NCBI GenBank assembly: GCA_037447435.1
Contig: JBBIGR010000014.1
Span: 16,318-80,317 of the forward strand
Reading direction: 5' to 3'
DNA length: 64,000 nucleotides
Source: Fibrobacteria bacterium
Lineage (GTDB): Bacteria > Fibrobacterota > Chitinivibrionia > Chitinivibrionales > FEN-1185
Shown here: in pieces, positions 47,646-56,872 of the stretch
How positions within the stretch are numbered: position 1 is the stretch's first letter
How the letters are laid out: each line of letters opens with the position of its first letter
Translations under genes and position numbers: made by a program
Notes under the pieces: model-generated
Database searches by the model: none
Seen by the model: the letters and a program-made list of their open reading frames with translations, nothing else
What the model was told of the DNA's origin: nothing

Positions 47646-48671
47646 TTATTCCACGTTTACCGGCAGCATCCACCCATGAGTATCGGGCTTGTCGCCGTAT
47701 TGAATGCCGGTAATTTCATTGTACAACCGAGTCAATGTGGCGCCTGCTTCATTTTCTTTTCCAAAGGTATAAATCCGCTCACCGTGAAGAATCGACGAAA
47801 CCGGCGTGATGACAACGGCCGTACCGCAGGCTCCCACTTCGGTGAAATCGGCAAGTTCGCTCACATGGATTTTCCGCTTTTCCACTTTTAGCCCGAAATC
47901 CTGAGCAATGACCTGCAAGCTTTTGTTGGTAACACTGCCTAAAATCGACTGCGAATCCGGGGTAACATAGCTTCCGGCTTTTGAAATGGCCAAAAAGTTT
48001 GATGTGCCGAATTCGTCGATATAGCTGTGCGTTTGCGCATCGAGATATAAACAAACAGGAAAGCCTTTTTTCTTGCCGTCCAGATCACCGGCCAACCCTG
48101 CCGCATAATTTCCGGCAGCCTTGACATTACCGACACCGAGAGGTGCGGCCCGGTCATATTGCTCCTGGATATACGCTTTCACCGGAAAAAATCCGTTCTT
48201 ATAATACGGCCCCATGGGTGTCGCAAGCATGATAAAGACATATTCTTCGGAAGCGTGGACGCCGATATGAGGGCTTGATCCGATAAGAAAAGGTCTGACA
48301 TAGAGGCTTGCGCCGGTCCCATAAGGAGGCACATATTGCTTATTAAGAAGAACGAGCTTTTTTGCCATTTCCAAGAACAATTCCTGGGAAGGCGGCTCCA
48401 TAACGAGGCGTGTTGCAGAGGTAATAAGCCGTTTGGCATTTTCGTCGGGCCTAAACAAAGCGATGGATTCATCTTTTCTGCCGAATGCTTTAAGGCCCTC
48501 GAATATCGCCTGTCCATAATGCAGACAGGTTGAGGCGATGTGAAGCGAAATATGGGGATCGGTGCAAATTTGGATATCTCCCCACGAACCGTTTTTATAT
48601 TCGCATTTCACATAATACTCTGTTTGCATATATGAAAAGCCGAGATTTTTCCAATCGATATTTTTAGCCAT
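47646..48671 (-). CDS. ilvE: branched-chain amino acid aminotransferase
   Basis: A class IV aminotransferase fold. The conserved ..EGLKAF..., ..E.GT.N.F and T.PDS..IL.G.TR motifs are present. Size is 341 aa. Confidence 0.9.
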   Translation of the reverse strand: MAKNIDWKNLGFSYMQTEYYVKCEYKNGSWGDIQICTDPHISLHIASTCLHYGQAIFEGLKAFGRKDESIALFRPDENAKRLITSATRLVMEPPSQELFLEMAKKLVLLNKQYVPPYGTGASLYVRPFLIGSSPHIGVHASEEYVFIMLATPMGPYYKNGFFPVKAYIQEQYDRAAPLGVGNVKAAGNYAAGLAGDLDGKKKGFPVCLYLDAQTHSYIDEFGTSNFLAISKAGSYVTPDSQSILGSVTNKSLQVIAQDFGLKVEKRKIHVSELADFTEVGACGTAVVITPVSSILHGERIYTFGKENEAGATLTRLYNEITGIQYGDKPDTHGWMLPVNVE

Positions 48672-48701
48672 AGTCTACCTCTACTATTTGGTTTTCTATC
48701 C

Positions 48702-50294
48702 CTATTTCTTCGCAGTATGCTTTCGAGTATCCTTCATAAGTTTATATGTAAGACTATCGATAAGCGCGAGCCATGCGGCTTCGATGACATTCGTCGAAAC
48801 GCCGATAGTACCCCAGCGGTCTTTCCCGTCCGACGATTCGATGAGAACCCGAACCTTTGCGGCCGTACCGTCTCTGCCGTCGAGCACCCGGACTTTAAAG
48901 TCTTCAAGCTTTACTTCCGATAGATTGGGGTAAAACTTGCACAGCGCCTTCCGGAGAGCATTGTCGAGCGCATTGACCGGCCCGTCCCCTTCGGCGGCAG
49001 TATGCTCGAAATCGCCATCTTTTTGTACTTTGATCGTAGCTTCGGAAAACACGTCTCCGCTTTCCCGTTTTTCTTCTATGACGCGGAATCCTTTGAATTC
49101 GAAGGTTTTTTTAAACAGCCCGAGCATTTCCTGGGCTAAAAGTTCAAACGATGCGTCTGCAGCCTCGAATTGATACCCATCGGACTCAAGCGATTTGATT
49201 TTCATCAAAAGTTTCTTGACCATAGGGTCCTGTTTGTCGAGATGCGGCATGAATCCGGCGAGTTTTTCAAGCATAGTGCTCGAACCGGCCTGTGCGGACA
49301 CCACGAATTGCCGTTGATTGCCGACAAGTGCCGGCTTGACATGTTCAAACGACTCGCTTACTTTGCGAACGCCGTCGGCATGAGCCCCGGCTTTATGGGA
49401 AAACGCGCATTCGCCGACATACGGCTGACGGATATTATGCGTAATGTTTGCTATTTCCGAAACGAATATCGATACTTCGGTCAGTTGTTTCAGAGAATCC
49501 TCATGCAAAACAGGAACGCCGCGCTTTAGCTGGATATTTGGAATTATGGTGCACAAATTTGCATTGCCGCAACGCTCTCCAAGCCCGTTTATGGTTCCCT
49601 GGACCTGGACGGCACCTTCGGCAACGGCAATCATGCTGTTTGCTTCTGCGCAGCCGGAATCGTTATGCGTATGTATGCCGAGCGGGCAATCGATGCTTGA
49701 CGCAATAGATCGCCAAACCGAGAGAAATTCATCCGGAAGCATACCGCCGTTTGTATCGCATAAGACAATACAATCGGCCCCGGCTTCTTTTGCTGCAAAC
49801 AATGTTTTCAAAGCATAATCCGGATTGTGCTTATACCCGTCGAAAAAATGTTCCGCGTCATACACGACCTCGTCCATGTGCTTTTTAAGATAGGAAATCG
49901 TATCCCCGATGATATCGATATTTTCCTGCAAGGAAAAACGAAGCACATTTGTCACATGCAGATCCCATGATTTTCCGAAAATCGTCGCGACCGGCGCGCC
50001 CGATTTGACAAGCATTTGCAAAAACAGGTCTTCGCCGTACGGCGTGTGCGGCCTCTTGGTTGAGCCGAAAACCGCGAGTTTTGATTTCAGTTTAAGTTTT
50101 TTCGCTTCCTGAAAGAACTCGGTATCGATGGCATTCGTCGGGTTCGGCCACCCGCCTTCAACATACTGGATTCCCAAATCGCTGAGCCGTTCGGCTATGC
50201 GCAATTTGTCGGAAAGAGACAAGCTTATGCCCAATGCCTGATTACCATCGCGAAGCGTGGTATCGTATATTGCTATTTTCTTCTGTAAATTCAT
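48702..50294 (-). CDS. cimA: (R)-citramalate synthase (LeuA-family, CimA type)
   Basis: The N-terminal [52 protein letters not shown] is the hallmark CimA (TIGR00977-like) N-terminus. A C-terminal LeuA dimerisation/regulatory domain is present. Size is 530 aa. Confidence 0.8.
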   Translation of the reverse strand: [530 protein letters not shown]

Positions 50295-50365
50295 AATTTC
50301 TTTTCTATTGAAATGGCCTCACCTCTTTCCCCCGAGAGAGACGAGGTGAGGTTGTCAACCTTCAT

Positions 50366-51445
50366 TTATTTGACAAACGATGCGACAAAATCGCCAAGTT
50401 CACGGGTGCCCATGCCCATTTTACCTGCGGCAAGGCTCTTGATTTTGCCTGAAGCGAGCGCATCATGCACGGCGCGTTCGATTGCGCTTCCCGCAGCTTC
50501 TTCGCCAAGGGATTCGAGCATCATACCTGCAGCTGCGATTGCCGCAAGAGGATTGATCACGTTTTTGCCCGTATACTTCGGCGCACTGCCGCCCATTGGC
50601 TCGAACATGGAAACACCTTGCGGATTGATATTTCCGCCTGCTGCGATACCAAGCCCGCCCTGGATGATTGCGGCAAGATCGGTGATGATGTCGCCGAAGA
50701 GATTTTCGGTCACGATGACATCATAGAATTCCGGACTCTTTACGAACCACATGGTGCACGCATCGACATGGTTGTAATCCTGCTTGATGTCCGGATACTC
50801 TGCATCACCCATTTCCTTATGGCTCCGTACCCACAAATCGCCGCAATGCGTGAGTACATTGCATTTATGAACGAGCGTGAGCTGTTTGCGTTTATTGCGT
50901 TTACGAGTGAATTCGTACGCATAGCGCATGCATCGGTCGACAATGGGCCGGCTGTATTGCATGACCTGCGTCGCTATTTCATACTGAGTGCCTTTTTGCG
51001 TCGCACCACCGATACCGGTGTAGATACCGCCGGTATTTTCGCGGATCACGACAAAGTCTATATGTTCGGGCCCTTTGTCTTTAAGCGGCGTTTCGACGTT
51101 CGGATAAAGCTTGACAGGCCGTAAATTGATGTATTGATCGAGTGCGAAACGCGCCTTGAGCAATATGCCGAGCTCCAGGATTCCGGGCTTGACATCGGGA
51201 TGTCCGATAGCGCCAAGGAATATCGAATCGTGCTTGCGCAATTCTTCGATGGCACTGTCGGGAAGCGTTTCACCGGTTTTAAGATATCGCTCGCCGCCGA
51301 AATCATAATTTTCGTAATTGAGTTTGACATTATACTTTGCAGCCGCGACATTAAGAACCTTAAGACCTTCATTGACCACTTCCGGACCGGTTCCGTCTCC
51401 CGGAATCACCGCTATGTTATACGATTTCATGAACACTTGCTCCAT
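50366..51445 (-). CDS. leuB: 3-isopropylmalate dehydrogenase
   Basis: The N-terminal IAVIPGDGTGPEV, together with NLFGDIITDLAA and a GS.P... motif, supports the call. The true start may be the second Met (MKSYNIAV). Confidence 0.9.
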   Translation of the reverse strand: MEQVFMKSYNIAVIPGDGTGPEVVNEGLKVLNVAAAKYNVKLNYENYDFGGERYLKTGETLPDSAIEELRKHDSIFLGAIGHPDVKPGILELGILLKARFALDQYINLRPVKLYPNVETPLKDKGPEHIDFVVIRENTGGIYTGIGGATQKGTQYEIATQVMQYSRPIVDRCMRYAYEFTRKRNKRKQLTLVHKCNVLTHCGDLWVRSHKEMGDAEYPDIKQDYNHVDACTMWFVKSPEFYDVIVTENLFGDIITDLAAIIQGGLGIAAGGNINPQGVSMFEPMGGSAPKYTGKNVINPLAAIAAAGMMLESLGEEAAGSAIERAVHDALASGKIKSLAAGKMGMGTRELGDFVASFVK

Positions 51446-51468
51446 TCACGTTAAAAGAAATATGACGA

Positions 51469-53019
51469 TTATAATTTGGGTAAAGGCAATTTTTTATTGA
51501 ACTTTTTCATTCGCGCGATTTTATTGACGATATCCATATACGATAAGGCCGATGCCTCGACGATATCGGTGCTGGTCCCAACACCGGTAAATACGCCTTC
51601 TTTACTTCTGGCAACGATCTTCACTTTTCCGAGCGCTTCCCTGCCTTCGGTCAGCGAGGTCAAGGTAAAATCGTCGATGCTGATTTTGAAACCGGTAATA
51701 CGGTCTATCGCCTTTGTCGCCGCATCAACCGCCCCGTCCCCGCACGCCGCTTCGAATCGCACTTTATCTTCTTTTGCGACACGGATACGGACCGTCGCCG
51801 TCGGCACAGTACCTTTGCCGCTTGACACGTTCAAATACTCAAGCACATAGGTGTCGGTCATATCCCCGGCTGTTTTCGACTCCATAAGGGAAATCAAATC
51901 ATCGTCGTAGACCGTGCCCTTTTTATCAGCAAGCTCGATGAACCGCGTATAAAACGCCGACACATCGACTTCTTCTATATTATAGCCCAGCGCAACCAAC
52001 CTCGAACGGACCATATGACTCCCCGAGCGACTCGTCAGGTTCATACGATTGTCCTTGAGCCCGATGGATTGCGGGGTCATGATTTCATATGTTTTCCGCG
52101 ATTTGAGCACGCCGTCCTGATGAATACCCGACGAATGCGCAAATGCATTGCTTCCCACAACCGCTTTGTTAGGCTGCACCGGCATATTGCAGATATCGGA
52201 AACAAGTTTACTGGTGCGCATTATCTCCCGAGTCTCGATGCCGACGTCGACCTTGAAAATGTCTTTGCGAACATTAAGCATCATAACCACTTCCTCGAGC
52301 GCGGCGTTTCCCGCACGTTCACCCAAGCCGTTTATCGCGCATTCGATTTGACGCGCACCATGCGAAACAGCGGTAATGGAATTCGCCGACGCCATGCCAA
52401 GATCGTTATGACAATGCACCGAAATGACGGCCTTGTCGATATTAGGCACACGGTTGAAAAGCGATTCGATTATCCACGCGAATTTCTCGGGGGACGTATA
52501 GCCCACGGTATCGGGAATATTGACCGTCGTCGCGCCGGTTTTTATCACGGTTTCGACGATACGGCACAGAAAATCGATATCCGAGCGCCCGGCATCTTCC
52601 GCCGAAAATTCGACGTCGCTGGTATATTTTTTACACAACTTTACCGCAGCGATTGCCATGGCAACGATTTCATCGTTGGTTTTGCGCATTTTCTTTTCCA
52701 TATGCAGAGCCGACGTGCCGACAAACGTGTGTATACGCGGACGCTCGGCCGGTTTCAAGGCCTTTCCGCATGCAACAATATCTTTTTCGACAAGCCGCGC
52801 AAGCCCGCAGATGACGGGGCCCTTTACTTCGCGAGCAATTGTCGAGACAGACTCGAAATCACCCGGCGACGAAATGGGAAAACCCGCTTCGATGATATCG
52901 ACATTCAATTTTTGCAATTGCTTTGCAATACGTAATTTCTGGTGCACCGACAAGCTTGACGGCAATGCCTGTTCACCATCTCTCAAAGTCGTATCGAATA
53001 TGAATACTTTGTCTTTCAT
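51469..53019 (-). CDS. leuA: 2-isopropylmalate synthase
   Basis: FDTTLRDGEQ, the HCHNDLG motif and a C-terminal LeuA allosteric domain are present. Size is 516 aa. Confidence 0.92.
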   Translation of the reverse strand: MKDKVFIFDTTLRDGEQALPSSLSVHQKLRIAKQLQKLNVDIIEAGFPISSPGDFESVSTIAREVKGPVICGLARLVEKDIVACGKALKPAERPRIHTFVGTSALHMEKKMRKTNDEIVAMAIAAVKLCKKYTSDVEFSAEDAGRSDIDFLCRIVETVIKTGATTVNIPDTVGYTSPEKFAWIIESLFNRVPNIDKAVISVHCHNDLGMASANSITAVSHGARQIECAINGLGERAGNAALEEVVMMLNVRKDIFKVDVGIETREIMRTSKLVSDICNMPVQPNKAVVGSNAFAHSSGIHQDGVLKSRKTYEIMTPQSIGLKDNRMNLTSRSGSHMVRSRLVALGYNIEEVDVSAFYTRFIELADKKGTVYDDDLISLMESKTAGDMTDTYVLEYLNVSSGKGTVPTATVRIRVAKEDKVRFEAACGDGAVDAATKAIDRITGFKISIDDFTLTSLTEGREALGKVKIVARSKEGVFTGVGTSTDIVEASALSYMDIVNKIARMKKFNKKLPLPKL

Positions 53020-53079
53020 GATTGTAACCGATCATTGCAGGGGCACGGCTACCGTGCCCCTACGTGCCAAATGTTTTAA

Positions 53080-54180
53080 TTAATTCTGTCCTCTTCCGCC
53101 GATGCCTTTGGTCTCCTTGGAAATGTCTTTAGCTTTTTCCTTGGGACGTAGAGCGCGAACTGCGGCTCCCGCGCGCCACATTTCATTCTCATGAACTTCG
53201 GCAAGCTTCTTTTCCAGGAACTTCTTATAGTCTTTGCCGCCGCAATCACGGATAACCTCACGGGTTTCCTGGCCGGTTTTAACCGATTTGTAAAGCTGTT
53301 CGAAAACCGGCAGATTCGCTTTGCGGAAAATGGGCCTCCATTTGAGCGCGCCGTGCTGAGCGGTCGCGGAACAGTTGGAATACATCCAGTCCATTCCATT
53401 TTCGTCAACAAGACGGATAAGACTTTGCGTAAGTTCTTCCGATGTTTCGTTGAACGCTTCCGACGGCGAATGGCCGTTTTTGCGAAGCACGTCGTATTGT
53501 GCCTGCATGATGCCGGCTAATGCGCCCATGAGAACGCCGCGTTCGCCGGTAAGATCGCTATACACTTCTTTTTGAAATGTTGTCGGGAACAGATAGCCGC
53601 TGCCGATGCCGATACCAACGGCCAGGCAACGTTCTTCGGCTCTGCCGGTTGCATCTTGAAAAACCGCATAGCTGGAATTGATTCCAGCGCCCGACAAAAA
53701 GTTGCGGCGAACCGATGTGCCGCTGCCTTTGGGCGCAACCATGATAACGTCGACATTTTTTGGCGGAATCACTCCGGTCTGTTCCTTATACACGATAGAG
53801 AACCCGTGCGAAAAGTAAACCGCATCGCCTTTTTTGAGAAGCTTTGCTATGGTTGGCCATACTTTACGTTGTGCAGCATCGGAAACAAGGATTTGGATGA
53901 TCGTTCCTTTTTGAACTGCCTCTTCGATCGGGAAAAGAGTTTTTCCGGGAACCCAACCGTCTTTCACCGCACGGTCCCAGTCTTTTTTAAATTCCTTGGA
54001 CTGTCCGATGATGACGTTTATTCCGTTGTCTTTCATGTTAAGCGCCTGGGCAGGGCCCTGAACGCCGTAACCGATGATAGCGACGACTTCTTTTTTAAGA
54101 ACCTTGCGGGCCTTAACAAGAGAAAATTCCTTACGGGTAACGACGGTTTCCTTCACTCCTCCGAAATCGATGACTGCCAT
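53080..54180 (-). CDS. ilvC: ketol-acid reductoisomerase
   Basis: A Rossmann motif GYGVQGPAQALN and a KARI C-terminal knotted domain are present. Confidence 0.85.
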   Translation of the reverse strand: MAVIDFGGVKETVVTRKEFSLVKARKVLKKEVVAIIGYGVQGPAQALNMKDNGINVIIGQSKEFKKDWDRAVKDGWVPGKTLFPIEEAVQKGTIIQILVSDAAQRKVWPTIAKLLKKGDAVYFSHGFSIVYKEQTGVIPPKNVDVIMVAPKGSGTSVRRNFLSGAGINSSYAVFQDATGRAEERCLAVGIGIGSGYLFPTTFQKEVYSDLTGERGVLMGALAGIMQAQYDVLRKNGHSPSEAFNETSEELTQSLIRLVDENGMDWMYSNCSATAQHGALKWRPIFRKANLPVFEQLYKSVKTGQETREVIRDCGGKDYKKFLEKKLAEVHENEMWRAGAAVRALRPKEKAKDISKETKGIGGRGQN

Positions 54181-54246
54181 AGACTGTTCTCCTTTGATTG
54201 AAAGTGATGTATTAAAAAATGCGATAAATTCACTGTGACCCTCACC

Positions 54247-54729
54247 CTACTTCTTTGTTTGCGCCATTGCAACTTTACCAGTGCGAATAAGCTCCTTGAC
54301 CCCGTACGGCTTTATCAGGTCGATGAAATCGCTGACCGTTTCGCACGGCGCCGACAATTCGAACGTAATCGAGGTCGCTCCGACATACGCGACTTTAGCG
54401 CCGAACAAGTCGGCAAGCTCTATGATTTCGTGGCGACTCGACTTCGTGGAATCGACCCGAACGAGAATGAATTCACGTTCGATGATCGAACATCCCTCAA
54501 AATCGATTACCTTGATCACGTCGATAAGCTTGTTGAGTTGCTTGACAACTTGCTCGATAATCGCGCTATCTCCCTCGACGACGATGGTCATCCTGGAAAT
54601 AGACGGATCTTCGGTTTCCCCGACCGTAAGGCTTGCTATATTGTAACCGCGGCTTGCAAAAAGCCCTGAGATTCTCGACAATGTGCCGCTATGGTTTTCG
54701 ACCAGCACCGAAATTGTTCGTGTGTTCAT
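54247..54729 (-). CDS. ilvN: acetolactate synthase small (regulatory) subunit
   Basis: The ACT domain reads ISVLVENHSGTLSRISGLFASRGYNI. It overlaps the ilvB stop (ATGA). Confidence 0.88.
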   Translation of the reverse strand: MNTRTISVLVENHSGTLSRISGLFASRGYNIASLTVGETEDPSISRMTIVVEGDSAIIEQVVKQLNKLIDVIKVIDFEGCSIIEREFILVRVDSTKSSRHEIIELADLFGAKVAYVGATSITFELSAPCETVSDFIDLIKPYGVKELIRTGKVAMAQTKK

Positions 54730-56456
54730 GCTTCCTCCATTGCATCGTCAAGCGATTTTCCGGCCGGGACCATCGGATATACGTTTTCCTCGGTCGCGGT
54801 CATGAATTCCATAAGCGACGGGCCATCGACGGCCAGGCCTTTTTTCAGCACATCGACAACTTCCGAAACCTTGCTGGTACGAAATCCCGGTATGGCATAG
54901 CTTTCGGCGAGCTTGACAAAATCGGGTACGTATCCTTTGCCGCAATTTTCGGGCGACGTGCAATCGCCGCACAGGTTACTGCCGCGTAAACACGTCGCGC
55001 TGTAGCGCCTGTTCCAGAACAATTCCTGCCACTGCCGCACCATTCCCAGATACTCGTTATTGAGAATGAGCACCTTGACCGGGATACGGTTTATCGAAAT
55101 GGTCGCAAGTTCCTGGATGTTCATTTGTATGGAACCATCACCTGCAATATTGACAACCGGTTTCCGCTTCATGCCCAGGCTTGCACCCATTGCAGCCGGA
55201 AGGCCGAACCCCATGGTTCCCAGGCCGCCCGACGACAAAAACATGCGCGGCCGCGCAAACTTGTAATATTGCGCCGCAAACATCTGATGCTGCCCCACCT
55301 CGGTTGCGATGAGAATATCGGTATTCTTGGTGAGTTCATATAATTGCTCGATGACATATTGCGGTTTAATAACATCATTAGAACTTTTATAAGTAAACAA
55401 CTTTCCGTTTTTCCACGAGTCGATTTGAGCGTTCCATTCATTGCGGCTCCGCGGCTCTACGACCTTGTTCAGCGCCGTAAGAATATTTTTGGCATCGCCC
55501 ACAACCGGCACATCGACACGGACAATTTTTGAAATCGCGGCCGGATCAATATCAAGATGGATGATCTTGGCATTGGGCGCAAACGAGGCAACGTGTCCGG
55601 TCACACGGTCGTCGAAACGCGCGCCAACGGAAATTATCACATCGGCATTCTGAAACGCCGTGTTTGCCGTTTTAGAACCGTGCATACCGGGCATACCGAT
55701 GAACAAATCATGCTCGCCGGGAAATGCGCCCAGCCCCATGAGAGTCAAGGTAACCGGCGCATTCAGTTTTGTCGCCAATTCAAAAAGTTCGGCATGCGCT
55801 CCGGAAGAGATGACTCCGCCGCCGGCATATACCAATGGTTTTTTTGCCGATTTAATCAGCTCGGCCGCCTTCTCGATTTGACGCGGATGCCCCATAAGTG
55901 TCGGCTTATAGCTGCGCATCGAAATTTCGGCAGGATACTCATAATTATCAAGATACCCGCGCGAAATGTCGGACGGCAAATCGACGAGCACGGGCCCCGG
56001 CCGTCCTGAGCGGGCGATGTAAAACGCCTGCTTGAGAATTGCCGGAAGGTCTTTGATGTCTTTGACCAGAAAGTTATGCTTTGTTACCGGCCTGCTGATA
56101 CCGACCATGTCGGCTTCCTGAAACGCGTCGGTGCCGAGATACGGGGTCGATACCTGGCCCGTTATCGCGACCATGGGAATCGAATCGAGATACGCGTCGG
56201 CAATACCGGTGATAAGATTTGTTGCGCCGGGACCCGAGGTCGCTATGCAAACCCCGACCTTCCCCGTTGCCCGTGCATATCCTTCGGCAGCGTGAGCCGC
56301 GCCCTGTTCATGACGAACAAGAACCGTATTGATATTCTTTGCATCGTATAATGCATCGAAAATCGGAATTGCCTGGCCGCCCGGATAGCCGAACAGCACA
56401 TCGACGCCCTCTTTTGTCAGGGCATCAACAAGAATTTCGGCACCTTTCTTTTTCAA
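54726..56456 (-). CDS. ilvB: acetolactate synthase large subunit
   Basis: A ThDP-binding fold with GDGSIQMNIQELAT..NNEYLGMVRQWQ. The product is 576 aa. Confidence 0.92.
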   Translation of the reverse strand: MKKKGAEILVDALTKEGVDVLFGYPGGQAIPIFDALYDAKNINTVLVRHEQGAAHAAEGYARATGKVGVCIATSGPGATNLITGIADAYLDSIPMVAITGQVSTPYLGTDAFQEADMVGISRPVTKHNFLVKDIKDLPAILKQAFYIARSGRPGPVLVDLPSDISRGYLDNYEYPAEISMRSYKPTLMGHPRQIEKAAELIKSAKKPLVYAGGGVISSGAHAELFELATKLNAPVTLTLMGLGAFPGEHDLFIGMPGMHGSKTANTAFQNADVIISVGARFDDRVTGHVASFAPNAKIIHLDIDPAAISKIVRVDVPVVGDAKNILTALNKVVEPRSRNEWNAQIDSWKNGKLFTYKSSNDVIKPQYVIEQLYELTKNTDILIATEVGQHQMFAAQYYKFARPRMFLSSGGLGTMGFGLPAAMGASLGMKRKPVVNIAGDGSIQMNIQELATISINRIPVKVLILNNEYLGMVRQWQELFWNRRYSATCLRGSNLCGDCTSPENCGKGYVPDFVKLAESYAIPGFRTSKVSEVVDVLKKGLAVDGPSLMEFMTATEENVYPMVPAGKSLDDAMEEA

Positions 56457-56654
56457 ACTGTCCTCCAGCTGTTAAATGTGCACTGTTGCCGTTACTTCGT
56501 CTTGTTCAGTGCCGCAAAAAAACAATCTCGTAAAATACCTTGTCCCCATGGGGTAATCAAGGGTACAAGGGCTTTTGTGGCACTTATATAATGAATTATA
56601 ATAATCACGGTATTCATCTTGGCTTTCTAACCGACACATTCCGTCCAAGCAAGC

Positions 56655-56692
56655 AAAAAAAAAGGCCCGTCTTTTTTAAGAGACGGGCCTTT
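56655..56692. terminator. rho-independent terminator of metH (functional on minus strand; also hairpin on plus)
   Basis: AAAGGCCCGTCT-tttttaag-AGACGGGCCTTT has 12-bp arms. The minus-strand reading is followed by TTTTTTTTT. It lies ~180 nt after the metH stop. Confidence 0.7.
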
Positions 56693-56872
56693 GGATTTTT
56701 CATTACTTACTGTAATATTATAAGCCCGTCTCCTGTTTTGGCAATACGACTACTACCCGTACTACGGCTAGTAGAACGGTACTAATAATATTAATAATGC
56801 TGTCTGTATATGTTTTTGTAAACATGATAAAATAAATATACCGTATATCGGAATTGGAGTCAATATATTTTT

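Noticed and set aside
56700-56800. Repetitive CTAC/GTAC-rich segment (GACTACTACCCGTACTACGGCTAGTAGAACGGTACT) considered as a possible tRNA or small RNA
   Set aside because: I could not fold it into a cloverleaf with conserved T-loop or D-loop bases. It is retained only as part of the metH 3' UTR observation.
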